This document shows positions 1-9,349 of a stretch of 64,000 bases of DNA, piece by piece. The notes under the pieces are model-generated. The model was not told the origin of the DNA, did not search any database, and worked only from the letters and a program-made list of their open reading frames with translations. Source of the DNA: a virus (lineage: Duplodnaviria > Caudoviricetes). Numbering within the stretch: the first letter of the stretch is position 1; each line of letters opens with the position of its first letter. Location of the stretch: IMG/VR virus record IMGVR_UViG_2643221578_000002, positions 1 to 64,000 of that record, one strand, 5' to 3'. Both the position numbers and the translations under genes were made by a program.

Positions 1-240
1 TCAGCCGGCGACGGCGTACAGCGGGGTGCGGTCGCACTTCGGGGCCGAGCCCAGGGACCAGCCAGGGATGAGTGCTGCAAGGGCGTCGTTGACGAGGCGC
101 AGGCCGAGCGCTGAGAGCGTGCCGGGCGATGAGAACAGGCCACGGTCGACGTAGATCATGCTGTGTGATGGCTGCCGGTCTACCCATACGAGGGTGTTGT
201 CCGGCATTGGCTGAACCGCGCAAAACACGTGAACACACAT
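1..240 (-). CDS. hypothetical protein downstream of the repressor
   Basis: ORF MCVHVFCAVQPMPD...; start at 240 preferred over the longer track start; same strand as the repressor. Confidence 0.5.
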   Translation of the reverse strand: MCVHVFCAVQPMPDNTLVWVDRQPSHSMIYVDRGLFSSPGTLSALGLRLVNDALAALIPGWSLGSAPKCDRTPLYAVAG

Positions 241-347
241 CGGCACCCCGCCTGATCCGATTGGTGGGCCCGCGGTCAGCGTTCGATCACTCAACCACAC
301 AATCACGTCACTTGTGGTGTGTTTGCTGTGACTGGTGCCGTCTTGTG

Positions 348-869
348 CTACGCCTCGTCGGCGGCGGTGCTGGGGTCGTCGGGTGAGGCGTCAATGTCGA
401 TCTCCATCAACACGTCCTGGATCCGCCGCCAGGCTTCGAGGTTCTTTCGGCGTTGCTTGGCGGACTGATCCGGGGCCCCTTCCACGGTGACGGTGACGCT
501 GCCTCCGCCGGGGATCGGGATGCGGGTGGTTCCGACGAGAGGGCTGCTGCCTCCGGGGGGTGCGACCAGACGCATGGGGGCTGCCGCTTCGCTTTCCGCT
601 TGCTCCGGCTGGGGGGAGGGCTGCGCCGGCTCTGCGGGGGTGGGGTCGCCTCCGCTGAGAACAGCCTTGAGGGAGTCGTCTGTCCAGCCGACGAGCCGGG
701 CGATGGCTGCGTGAGCGGGGCGGGGTTTGGCGTAGCTCTTGCCTCGCTCGATGGACTGCACTGTGGATCTGCCGATGTCGCCGAGGTCGGCGAGCTCCTC
801 TTGCGTTAGGCCTTTGGCCTCGCGGGCGGCCTGCAGTGCCTCGCCCAGACGCTTCCAGTCGTGGCTCAT
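348..869 (-). CDS. XRE-family HTH immunity repressor (cI-like)
   Basis: N-terminal HTH_3 (AREAKGLTQEELADLGDIGRSTVQSIERG); divergent from a cro-like gene. Confidence 0.85.
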   Translation of the reverse strand: MSHDWKRLGEALQAAREAKGLTQEELADLGDIGRSTVQSIERGKSYAKPRPAHAAIARLVGWTDDSLKAVLSGGDPTPAEPAQPSPQPEQAESEAAAPMRLVAPPGGSSPLVGTTRIPIPGGGSVTVTVEGAPDQSAKQRRKNLEAWRRIQDVLMEIDIDASPDDPSTAADEA

Positions 870-1014
870 GGGTCCACATCATGCCTCATGCGCGTGCAAC
901 CCAATAGCCCGCATCTTGAGCTTTGACCTGCGCAGTAGTAGCGAATTTGAGCCTTTCGGGTTGCACTCCACGCCCGTCATGCACCCTTCGTGCGCCCTTG
1001 TCACTCAGTGTCAA

Positions 1015-1138
1015 GCTCAAGAGTTGAGCCAAAAGTGCCGCAGACGGCTTGCAGAATCCAGGCTCGAAGGCTTAAGTTCTGAGCGTGAGACCGAACGGAC
1101 AGGCAATACGAGCCATTCGTGAAGCTCAAAAAATGAGC
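1015..1138. promoter_or_regulatory. three 15-bp operators GCTCA-N5-TGAGC and the rightward early promoter
   Basis: GCTCAAGAGTTGAGC 1015-1029, GCTTAAGTTCTGAGC 1070-1084, GCTCAAAAAATGAGC 1124-1138; TTGCAG(1049)-18 bp-TAAGTT(1073) just upstream of the cro GTG. Confidence 0.65.
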
Positions 1139-1294
1139 CTCCGCATGCTCGAACAGCACACCGGCTTGAACCGGGGCTACCTCTCCCGCCTAGAGACAGG
1201 ACGCATCCACGAGCCGGCCGACGAGCCGGTCCAGAAGGTCGCCGCAGCACTTCGCGTCACTACCGACGCCATAACTCACGAGGAGAAGAAGTGA
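1085..1294 (+). CDS. Cro-like XRE HTH protein
   Basis: IRAIREAQKMSLRMLEQHTGLNRGYLSRLETG HTH; 69 aa; divergent from repressor. Confidence 0.85.
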   Translation: MRPNGQAIRAIREAQKMSLRMLEQHTGLNRGYLSRLETGRIHEPADEPVQKVAAALRVTTDAITHEEKK

Positions 1295-1539
1295 ATGCCA
1301 AGGCGCAGAAGGCTCCCCCCACCCAGTTGAGTGAGGCCGAGCTCCGCCACTACACCCCGGAGCAGGTCTTTGAGCTGGGGCTGCTGCCCTTCAAGCCTTC
1401 GACCCTTCGGAAGAAGGCTCAGGCCTACGAGATCCCGCACTCCCGGGCCGCCGCGAAGATCACGTTCCGGCTGTCGCACATCCGGCAGATCGCTGAGCAG
1501 TGCGACGCCAGCCCGTTGGCGAACCGCCCAGCTGCCTAA
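1291..1539 (+). CDS. excisionase-like HTH protein
   Basis: YTPEQV...TLRKKA...IPHSR...ITF winged-HTH pattern; position after cro. Confidence 0.6.
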   Translation: MNAKAQKAPPTQLSEAELRHYTPEQVFELGLLPFKPSTLRKKAQAYEIPHSRAAAKITFRLSHIRQIAEQCDASPLANRPAA

Positions 1540-1629
1540 CAGCAGCAAGTGAGGCCGCCCCCGTAACGACCAAGTCCGGGAACGGCCTCTGATCCACCCG
1601 CAATCCTCCGCGAACAGAGAGGTGGACCG

Positions 1630-2415
1630 ATGTCCATCCAATCATCCCCTGAGGCTGCTGCGGCAACCCGCTTCGCCGCAGACACCACGAAGCACACCAT
1701 GACGATCGTCCACGACGACGGCGTGTACCGGCACCTCGTGTTCCGGGACCCGCGGCACCCCTACTACTGGTTCGAGCTCATCACGACGCCCGGCCAGCTG
1801 GTGTTCTCCGGTGACGGCGACAGCTTCGTCTTCCGCCGCCTGACGGACATGTTCCAGTTCTTCCGCACGGGCCTGAATCGTGACGGCTCGGTGGGCATCA
1901 ACCCGGTGTACTGGTCGGAGAAGCTGGCCAGCAACCGTGACGCCGCCCGCACGTACAGCGTGAAGCTGTTCGACGAGGAGATCGTCCGCGAGCTGGAGGC
2001 GGTCGAGGGGGACTACCCGGGTGTCGGCGAGGCGTGGATCGAGCACGTCGAGTCCGGCTACACCACCGAGTACGAGGACGAGGCCCGGCGCGCTCTGGAC
2101 GACTTCCGGTTCGGTGAGAGCTACCGGGCCCGCTGCATCAAGTGCGACTGGTCTCTGGATGACGAGTCGCCGACGGTCGCTCGCCGCAGGATGACGGAGC
2201 ACACCGCACAGGCCGGGAAAGAGCACACGGGTCGCGTTGAGGACCTGACGTTCACGTTCAACGACGTAAGCGAGTGGCAGCTCCAGGACTTCGACTGGTG
2301 GTTCCTGTGGGCGCTTCACGGGATCGTCCACGGCATCGCCCGGTATGACCGGCTGCGCTCCTACGGCCTGATGGCGTTGGCGACCCCGTCGCAGCGTGAG
2401 GCAGGTGCCCTGTGA
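1630..2415 (+). CDS. phage hypothetical protein
   Basis: RBS GAGGTGG; typical high-GC codon usage. Confidence 0.8.
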   Translation: MSIQSSPEAAAATRFAADTTKHTMTIVHDDGVYRHLVFRDPRHPYYWFELITTPGQLVFSGDGDSFVFRRLTDMFQFFRTGLNRDGSVGINPVYWSEKLASNRDAARTYSVKLFDEEIVRELEAVEGDYPGVGEAWIEHVESGYTTEYEDEARRALDDFRFGESYRARCIKCDWSLDDESPTVARRRMTEHTAQAGKEHTGRVEDLTFTFNDVSEWQLQDFDWWFLWALHGIVHGIARYDRLRSYGLMALATPSQREAGAL

Positions 2416-2651
2416 GCGCCCGCATTGCCATCTCCAGCCAGGTGGCCTCCCACGTCCTGTGGAGCGAGAACCAGGGCGGCTACCCGGCGGGGTCCTTCAC
2501 CACGAAGCTGCTCGCCGCCTGGTCGAGCGCGGACTACGTGAACGCGGCTCGCCTCTCGGCCGGTTGGCCGGAGTACGGGGCAGCGCTCGACCTGCTTGGC
2601 CAGCCGGGCGGCGTGGAGCAGCTCCGCAAGATCGCCGGGGGTGCCGCATGA
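2412..2651 (+). CDS. hypothetical protein
   Basis: GTGA overlap with upstream gene. Confidence 0.7.
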   Translation: MSARIAISSQVASHVLWSENQGGYPAGSFTTKLLAAWSSADYVNAARLSAGWPEYGAALDLLGQPGGVEQLRKIAGGAA

Positions 2652-3157
2652 ACGCCCGCACCCGCCTCGAAGCGGACAAGCGTAAGGGCCAGAAGCAGGC
2701 CGACGAGTTCAACGCCCTCCACCCGGTCGGTACGCCGGTGCTCGCCTACCCGGGCGTTCGTCCGGAGGACGGTGTGGACGACGTGCTGTTCACCCACACC
2801 CGCACCGAAGTCCAGGTCTCTGCCTGTGGCGACCTCGTCCTCTGGGTCGACGGGCACGGCGCGTACATCAACTTCACCCACGTCGACCCGGTCACCGAAG
2901 GGCAGTGGCACCAGGCCCAGACCGACCACGACGAGGCTACGAAGGCTCGACGTGCGGCCTTGCTCGGCGAGATCCGCGCCTACCCCAGCCGCTGGACGCC
3001 GGAGCGTGCGGCCTTCGCAATGAGGCGCCTGGGCTTCAAAGGGTTCAGTGAACGCACCGCGCGGCGCGACCTTGAGGCCCTGGTGGCCGACGGGCACCTG
3101 GCCCCCGTCACCGAGGTGGTCGTCCGCCACTACGACCTGACGGGTGGTGCGTCGTGA
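2648..3157 (+). CDS. hypothetical protein with C-terminal winged-HTH-like segment
   Basis: ATGA overlap at 2648; C-terminal SERTARRDLEALVADG. Confidence 0.7.
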   Translation: MNARTRLEADKRKGQKQADEFNALHPVGTPVLAYPGVRPEDGVDDVLFTHTRTEVQVSACGDLVLWVDGHGAYINFTHVDPVTEGQWHQAQTDHDEATKARRAALLGEIRAYPSRWTPERAAFAMRRLGFKGFSERTARRDLEALVADGHLAPVTEVVVRHYDLTGGAS

Positions 3158-3399
3158 CTGCCGCCGACTTGTCCCGCCTGGACGTCCCGCTCGCCGACGT
3201 GGAACTCCAGACCGCGTGCGAGACGACCCGTAAGGCGCTGGCGAAGACGAACTCGCCGTCGGACCGGATCGCCTACGCGAACGACCTGTTCCTCCTGACG
3301 CACCCCGAGGCGTGCTCCACGGACGCCGACTATCCCGAGTGGCCTGCGGAGATCGCAGTGCTCATCGCCCGCAGTGAGAACACCCGGAGGGCCCGATGA
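3154..3399 (+). CDS. hypothetical protein
   Basis: coupled start/stop overlaps on both sides. Confidence 0.7.
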   Translation: MTAADLSRLDVPLADVELQTACETTRKALAKTNSPSDRIAYANDLFLLTHPEACSTDADYPEWPAEIAVLIARSENTRRAR

Positions 3400-3668
3400 C
3401 CACCACCATCAGCCTGTCGTGGGGCGACCGCCCGATCGCCCTGGAGACCGAGGATGACCGGACGTTCCTCCGCATCGGCCAGAACCTGCGGGTCGACGTC
3501 ACGGACGCGTCCCTCGACCAGCTCGACCGGCTCGCTGACGTGGCCGCCGACCTGGCGGACCACCAGCGGGACCGCTACCAGGCGGCCGACGTCGCCGACC
3601 AGGTGGCGGCCGAGGACGGGCACCGGTTCGTCGGCGTCCCCTTCCAGCGCAAGGCGGAGGCGGCGTGA
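3396..3668 (+). CDS. hypothetical protein
   Basis: GGAGG RBS, ATGA overlap. Confidence 0.7.
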   Translation: MTTTISLSWGDRPIALETEDDRTFLRIGQNLRVDVTDASLDQLDRLADVAADLADHQRDRYQAADVADQVAAEDGHRFVGVPFQRKAEAA

Positions 3669-4078
3669 TGACCACCTTCGAGTACGACGGTTCCGTTTTC
3701 GACCTGACCCGCTGCTTCGTGGACGTGCTCGGTGTCGAGTGGGAATGGCGCGGCGAGTGGACCGCCTCCGGGGAACCCCTGCTGGTGTCCCCGGGCCTGC
3801 CGGATTCCCCGGTGCCGCTCCCGGACGTGTACCGGGACCACGGCCCGCTGATCCCGGTCAGCCCCCGACCGTCGGCTGCCCAGTACCGGGCCGCGGTCGA
3901 CGTGGACTACGCGAAGACGGTGGCCGCCGGGTACGTCGAGTCGCCGGCCGCGTTCGGTGCCCGCATCACCCCGGTTGCCCCGGCACCGACGCTGACCGCC
4001 CACCACCTGAACCCCAGCCCTATGGAGCAGACCGGGTTCCGGCGGTTCCTGAACACCATTGCCGGAGGAAACCGATGA
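3665..4078 (+). CDS. phage hypothetical protein
   Basis: GGAGG RBS, coupled. Confidence 0.7.
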   Translation: MMTTFEYDGSVFDLTRCFVDVLGVEWEWRGEWTASGEPLLVSPGLPDSPVPLPDVYRDHGPLIPVSPRPSAAQYRAAVDVDYAKTVAAGYVESPAAFGARITPVAPAPTLTAHHLNPSPMEQTGFRRFLNTIAGGNR

Positions 4079-4290
4079 CTGGACCCGAGCACTACCGCGA
4101 GGCCGAGCGCCTCCTGAAGGACGAGTACCGCACGGCCCAAAGCATCGCCGACGCACAGGTGCACGCCACCCTCGCGCTCGCCGCTGCGACGGCCCTGCCG
4201 CCGGGCGTCAACTCCCCGGCCCGGACCGCCTGGGGGTCGGTCACCGAAGGCGAACAGCCCGACTACGACGTGCGGAACAGCTTCGCGTGA
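4075..4290 (+). CDS. actinophage-type hypothetical protein (MTGPEHYREAERLL)
   Basis: GGAGG RBS, ATGA overlap at 4075. Confidence 0.75.
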   Translation: MTGPEHYREAERLLKDEYRTAQSIADAQVHATLALAAATALPPGVNSPARTAWGSVTEGEQPDYDVRNSFA

Positions 4291-4382
4291 CCGGCTACGT
4301 CATCACCGCCACCGCTATCGGCGTCATCTTCTGCCTGATGGCGGTGGCCCCCAGCCTCTGGACCCGGAAGGGCAAGTCATGA
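4287..4382 (+). CDS. small single-TM peptide
   Basis: 31 aa hydrophobic ORF coupled on both sides. Confidence 0.45.
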   Translation: MTGYVITATAIGVIFCLMAVAPSLWTRKGKS

Positions 4383-4837
4383 GCCTCATCTCCGCCATAT
4401 CCCGCAGCAAGCCCAAGCACCGGGCCGTCGACGCCGTCGCGAACCTGCGGGACGAGAACCGTCGGCTCCTGACCCAACTGTTCGGGGCCCGCGACTACAT
4501 CGCCATCCAGGAACAGCAGTTGGCCGATGTCCGGGCCAAGCGGGACGAGGCGGAGCTGGAGCTCATCCGGGTTGCGGCTGAGCGAGATGACCGGGCCGAG
4601 GAGCGCGACCAGGCCCTCGCCGAGGCCAGTCGACTGCGTGCCCAGCTCGCCCCGTACCTCGCTGCGGACGCGAACGCCAACGCGGTCACGGTCCCCGCCT
4701 CGGAGCGCGACACCAGCCGGTTCGAGGACCAGGCGACCGAGCCGATCAAGGTCACGACGCTGCGGGAGGCCTTCGGTATCGGCCCCGTGGTTGCCACCCA
4801 GGGCAGCACCGATCCGGCGCACCTGCCCGCCGCATGA
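4379..4837 (+). CDS. coiled-coil hypothetical protein
   Basis: ATGA overlap; heptad-rich middle. Confidence 0.7.
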   Translation: MSLISAISRSKPKHRAVDAVANLRDENRRLLTQLFGARDYIAIQEQQLADVRAKRDEAELELIRVAAERDDRAEERDQALAEASRLRAQLAPYLAADANANAVTVPASERDTSRFEDQATEPIKVTTLREAFGIGPVVATQGSTDPAHLPAA

Positions 4838-4902
4838 ACCCGCCGGGCCGGCGGATGCCACCGGCCCTCGGCCCGGCGCCCAAGACCCCAGAGAAGGACG
4901 CC

Positions 4903-5259
4903 ATGGAATCCACCGCGCAGGAAGTCGTGACCCACGAGGTCATCGCCCGCCAGCACGCAACACCCGTCCTCGTCCAGGCCATCGAGCCCCAGCCCGGCCT
5001 GTTCGTGTACCGGCAGCCCGCCGAACTCCTGAAGAAGGGCGACCGGTACGTGTGGCGGCTCGGTCACCACTCCGGCTACCAGATCGCGAAGTTCGAGTAC
5101 CCGGGCGACGCCGACGACGCCGCGTGGGCGATCCGCGACGTCACTGACTGGACGCGCCCGGTCGACGACATCCGGGCCGACACCGACGGCGGGACCGTCC
5201 GGGACGCCCTGGTCCAGTCGCCCGGCATCTTCCTCAACGCCCATCCGGACGCCAACTGA
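4903..5259 (+). CDS. hypothetical protein
   Basis: AAGGA RBS before ATG 4903. Confidence 0.65.
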   Translation: MESTAQEVVTHEVIARQHATPVLVQAIEPQPGLFVYRQPAELLKKGDRYVWRLGHHSGYQIAKFEYPGDADDAAWAIRDVTDWTRPVDDIRADTDGGTVRDALVQSPGIFLNAHPDAN

Positions 5260-5333
5260 CCCGCCTCACACGGACGCCCCCGCCGAGGCGAATTCGGCGG
5301 GGGCACCCAACCCCATCATCCCAGGAGGACCAC

Positions 5334-6125
5334 ATGACGCAGATCAGCTTCCCCCTCGACGAAGCCAACGAGGCCCTCGACCGGTTCTTGAACGACGGCG
5401 AGCGCGAGCACGACGGGCGGCGCATGGCCCGCCACATTCTCGACGCCAACGGCGACACCATCGCGGACATCATCGACCCCGCCGAACGCCGCGAGCTCAT
5501 CTCCACCTACCACGCGTTCCAGAAGTCACAGGAGCCCAACGACGCCCCGGACCTCCCCGCCGGGTTCCGCCCGTACATCCACTCCCCGAACGCCACCGAG
5601 AACCGCCTGCTGCCCACCGAGCCGCTCCGCATGCCGCTGGCGCACGCCATGTACGGCAAGCCTCACGAGGAGCTGACGCAGACCGAGCAGGACCGCATCA
5701 CCGGTGTCGCCATCCACATCCTGCTCCGCGTCACCCTCGACGAGGACACCCAGGGTGCTGTGCCGATCCTGATGGTCTCGCACGCAGGGGACGACCCGGA
5801 GCCCCGCCAGTTCTGGCAGCTCGCCTACAAGACCGACACCGACGGCCTGTTCCTCCGCGCGGACGGTAACGGGTTCTTCGGCGCGGAGTGGCAGATCGTT
5901 ACCGGGTCCGGGCTGAAGCTCCTGTCCGGCTGGTTCACCCGCGAGGACGCCGGGCGGGCTGCTGCGGCGATCGGCCGGGTGCTGCCGTACATCGACTGGA
6001 TGTCGGCGACGTCGGAGGACTTCACCGACGCGTCGAAGAAGGCCCTGGCCGCCACGGTCCGCCGCTACCACTTCGCCGGGGTCCGCGAGGACCAGCCCGA
6101 GCCCGAGCCGCTCGCGACCACCTGA
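5334..6125 (+). CDS. hypothetical protein
   Basis: AGGAGG RBS after a GC hairpin. Confidence 0.75.
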   Translation: MTQISFPLDEANEALDRFLNDGEREHDGRRMARHILDANGDTIADIIDPAERRELISTYHAFQKSQEPNDAPDLPAGFRPYIHSPNATENRLLPTEPLRMPLAHAMYGKPHEELTQTEQDRITGVAIHILLRVTLDEDTQGAVPILMVSHAGDDPEPRQFWQLAYKTDTDGLFLRADGNGFFGAEWQIVTGSGLKLLSGWFTREDAGRAAAAIGRVLPYIDWMSATSEDFTDASKKALAATVRRYHFAGVREDQPEPEPLATT

Positions 6126-6220
6126 CCACCCGACCGGCAGGCGTGTGAGCCCGGCTCCGTCTGCCCGCTGCGGGCCGCCACCCCCCCTGGCGGCCCGCAG
6201 CAACCACCCAGGAGAACCAC

Positions 6221-6364
6221 ATGCCGCGTCGCCCGTACCCCGACGTCAGATGCCGCCGATGCGGCGACACCAAAGGCCCGTTCATCGGCCGCTCCCACAG
6301 ACCCCTCTGCGAGACCTGCGCCAACGACGCCACGCAGAACCCGCCCAACCGGAGAACCACATGA
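6221..6364 (+). CDS. 47-aa zinc-finger microprotein (not in ORF track)
   Basis: MPRRPYPDVRCRRCGDTKGPF...PLCETC; GGAG RBS; ATGA overlap with next gene. Confidence 0.55.
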   Translation: MPRRPYPDVRCRRCGDTKGPFIGRSHRPLCETCANDATQNPPNRRTT

Positions 6365-6462
6365 TCGCCTGCGTCCGCTGCGACGACACCAACGGCCCCT
6401 TCAGCCGCGAACCCGAAGGGCCCGTCTGCGAAGACTGCCTCGACGAACAGGACGGCCGATGA
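6361..6462 (+). CDS. 33-aa zinc-finger microprotein, paralog of previous
   Basis: MIACVRCDDTNGPF...PVCEDC; identical RBS context. Confidence 0.55.
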   Translation: MIACVRCDDTNGPFSREPEGPVCEDCLDEQDGR

Positions 6463-7328
6463 CCACCACCCTCGAACCGCCGGCCGCCGCCCCCGTCGTC
6501 ATCGACGGCATGTCCGCCGAGGACTACCACGCGGACCGCGGGTCGATCTCCTCGACCGGCCTCCGGAAGATCCTCGCCCCCGGGTGCCCCGCACAGCTCC
6601 GCTACGACCTCGACCACCCGCAGCCGCACAAGAAGGAATTCGACCTCGGCCACGCCGCGCACCTGCTCGTGCTGGGGGAGGGCCCGGAGCTGGAGGTCAT
6701 CGACGCCCCGGACTGGAAGAAGGTCGCCACCCGCGAACTCCGCGACCTGGCCTACGCCGAGGGCAAGGTGCCGCTCCTCGCGAAGGACCACGACATGGTC
6801 CAGGCGATGGCTGCGGCGATCCGCCAGCACTCGCTCGCCGGCCCGCTGTTCACCCCGGGGGCGGGCGTTGCCGAACAGTCGATCTTCTGGACCGACCCGG
6901 CGACCGGGGTCCGCTGCCGGGTCCGCCCCGACTGGCTGAAGCAGCTGCCCGGCCTGACCCTGTGCGTCGACTACAAGACGATCAAGTCGGCGGACCCGGA
7001 CACCGTGTCCAAAGCGATCCGGGACCACGCCTACCACCAGCAGGACGCTCTCTACACCGACGGCATCTGGGCCGCACTCCAGCCCGAGGACGTCCGGTTC
7101 ATCTTCGTCTTCCAGTCGAAGACCGCGCCGTACCTGATCACGGTCCGCGAACTCGCCGATCAGGACCGGGACATCGGGCGGGCCCGCAACGAACGCGCCC
7201 TCCGCATCTTCGCCGACTGCCAGGCCACCGGCATCTGGCCCGACTGGACCGGGCCCGTCACCGACATCCCCACCATCTCCATGCCCACCTGGGCCGTCCT
7301 CAACGAAACCGAGGAGTACCTCCGATGA
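6459..7328 (+). CDS. RecE/exonuclease VIII-like PD-(D/E)xK nuclease
   Basis: YH...ISSTGL, FDLGHAAH, CRVRPDW, VDYKT, YHQQDALY motifs. Confidence 0.85.
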   Translation: MTTTLEPPAAAPVVIDGMSAEDYHADRGSISSTGLRKILAPGCPAQLRYDLDHPQPHKKEFDLGHAAHLLVLGEGPELEVIDAPDWKKVATRELRDLAYAEGKVPLLAKDHDMVQAMAAAIRQHSLAGPLFTPGAGVAEQSIFWTDPATGVRCRVRPDWLKQLPGLTLCVDYKTIKSADPDTVSKAIRDHAYHQQDALYTDGIWAALQPEDVRFIFVFQSKTAPYLITVRELADQDRDIGRARNERALRIFADCQATGIWPDWTGPVTDIPTISMPTWAVLNETEEYLR

Positions 7329-8161
7329 CCAACGAGATCGCCACCCGCGACGAGCAAGCCGTCGCCCTTCCGGCTCCGCAGCCCACCAACGAGCTCATGG
7401 AATGGGTCGAGTCCGCCCGGCAGGCCAACCTCGTCGCCCAGTCCCTCGCCAACACCAGCTTCGCTGGCGCCTACCGCGGGAAGCCCGACGAGATCACCGC
7501 CGCGATCCTCACCGGCCAGGAACTCGGCCTCCAGCCCATGACCGCCCTCAAGAGCATCGACGTTATCCAGGGGCAGCCCGCCCTCCGGGCCCACGCCATG
7601 CGGGCCATCGTCCAGCACCAGGGCCACGACATTGAGCTCGTCGAGTCCGACGACACCCACTGCGTCATGCGCGGCCGGCGCAAGGGCGCCGAAACCTGGC
7701 AGGCCGTCACCTGGGACATCCCGCGCGCCCAGCGTCTCGGGCTCCTCGGCAAGGACCAGTGGAAGAAGCAGCCGAAGACGATGCTCATCGCCCGCGCCAC
7801 CGGGGAACTCTGCAGGCTGATCGCGTCGGACGCCCTCCACGGCCTGCCGTATGCGGCCGAGGAAGTCGACGGCTACGTCCACGGAGAAGTCGCCCCGGCC
7901 AAGGCCCCGCTCAGCGTCGCCGCCCTCACCTCGGCCCCGGAGCCCCAGCAGGACGCTTCCACCCCCGCCGATGTGGTGGACGTCGACACCGACGACGACC
8001 ACGCCGCGGCTCTCCACGAGCTCCGCGACTTCGGTCGGCAGCAGGGGATCGACGACATCGAGGCCCTCGCCCACGAAGAGCTCGGCGCCCCCGTCGAGCA
8101 CGTCTCCGCGCAGGCCATACGCGACCTCGTCGCACGACTCCACAAGGCCATCGCCGCCTGA
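7325..8161 (+). CDS. RecT-like ssDNA annealing protein
   Basis: follows RecE-like gene; AAILTGQELGLQPM...IDVIQGQP, WKKQPKTML..RA motifs. Confidence 0.75.
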   Translation: MTNEIATRDEQAVALPAPQPTNELMEWVESARQANLVAQSLANTSFAGAYRGKPDEITAAILTGQELGLQPMTALKSIDVIQGQPALRAHAMRAIVQHQGHDIELVESDDTHCVMRGRRKGAETWQAVTWDIPRAQRLGLLGKDQWKKQPKTMLIARATGELCRLIASDALHGLPYAAEEVDGYVHGEVAPAKAPLSVAALTSAPEPQQDASTPADVVDVDTDDDHAAALHELRDFGRQQGIDDIEALAHEELGAPVEHVSAQAIRDLVARLHKAIAA

Positions 8162-8173
8162 CCCGCACACGAC

Positions 8174-8204
8174 GGGACGCCCCGCGGGCATTGCGGGGCG
8201 TCCC
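8174..8204. other. GC-rich intergenic hairpin (related copy at 8701-8733)
   Basis: GGGACGCCCCGC-loop-GCGGGGCGTCCC; no U-tail. Confidence 0.6.
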
Positions 8205-8224
8205 ACCCCAAGGAGACCACAACC

Positions 8225-8686
8225 ATGACCACAGACCCCAACACCCAGCTCGAAGTGATCCGGTGCGCCGTCGCCCGGCATATCGCTAACGGGCTCGTCA
8301 GCACCATCCACATCCGCGCCCAGGCCGCCCGCGACCTCGCAACCGAGCTGGACGCCAACGGCGCGAACGTCGACGGCCTCGTCGAGCAGTACCTGATCAG
8401 CGACGGGTACAGCGCGACAGAAGCCACCACCGCGCGAGCCGCCGCTGACCCGGACCCGTGGGCGCCGAAGCCGAGCATCACCGAGTACATCCCAAAGCCC
8501 GTCCGAGACGTGCTCGCCGACCGCCTCGCGCACATGCTCCTCGGCCCGGCCGGTGGCGAACTTCAGGGCGAGGCCCGCGAGCTGACGTTCGCCCTGAAGG
8601 CGGAGGGCTTCGACCTCAGCGAGCCCATCAAGCAGCACGTCACGGACCTCACCCTCGGCCCGGACCCCGCCGACGTCCCGTTCTAG
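8225..8686 (+). CDS. hypothetical protein
   Basis: AAGGAG RBS; ends in DVPF, an SSB-like acidic tail. Confidence 0.75.
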   Translation: MTTDPNTQLEVIRCAVARHIANGLVSTIHIRAQAARDLATELDANGANVDGLVEQYLISDGYSATEATTARAAADPDPWAPKPSITEYIPKPVRDVLADRLAHMLLGPAGGELQGEARELTFALKAEGFDLSEPIKQHVTDLTLGPDPADVPF

Positions 8687-8756
8687 CCCACCCGCAGCCG
8701 GGGCAGCCCCGTACCCGAAATGCGGGGCTGCCCAACCCGAGAAGGAGACCACAGCC

Positions 8757-8984
8757 ATGAGCGTCCCGACCCGCGACGAGACCTTCGCCGTGTACATCGC
8801 CGGCGAACAGATCGACGGCACCGAACTCGGCATGACCTACATCTACGTCACCACGCCCCTCGGCAGAGTCCGCATGACCGCCGACGAAGCCGCCGAGCTG
8901 GGCCAGAAGCTCATCGGCGCCGCCGAGTACGACCAGCAGTCCGAAGTCGACGACGACCGTCTCGACGAGAAGTCCGCCTCATGA
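8757..8984 (+). CDS. hypothetical protein
   Basis: AAGGAG RBS. Confidence 0.7.
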   Translation: MSVPTRDETFAVYIAGEQIDGTELGMTYIYVTTPLGRVRMTADEAAELGQKLIGAAEYDQQSEVDDDRLDEKSAS

Positions 8985-9349
8985 CCCGCCGCTTGTCCGT
9001 CGCCGAACGCCACGCCGCCGCCGAGAAGGACCTCCTGCTCACCGACATAGCCGCACAGTCCACGTGGACCCAGTTCCTCGTCGAGCAGGCCGTGTACGCG
9101 GTCGCCCTCAACGAGCCGACCTTCAGCTGCAACTTGCTCCGAGACCTCCTCCCCGAGTTGGGCCACGGGTTCCTCGGTGCCGCGATCAACGCCATGCGGC
9201 AGGGCGGCCTCATCGAGCACACCGGCCAGTACGTGCCGTCCACCAGCCAGGCCACCCACGGCCACCCCATCGCAGTGTGGCGGCTCTCGATCAAGGGGTC
9301 TGAGGTTGCCGCCCAGCGGCGAGCCCGAGCCCAGGGGAGCGCGGCATGA
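8981..9349 (+). CDS. hypothetical protein, possible winged helix
   Basis: ATGA overlap at 8981. Confidence 0.7.
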   Translation: MTRRLSVAERHAAAEKDLLLTDIAAQSTWTQFLVEQAVYAVALNEPTFSCNLLRDLLPELGHGFLGAAINAMRQGGLIEHTGQYVPSTSQATHGHPIAVWRLSIKGSEVAAQRRARAQGSAA

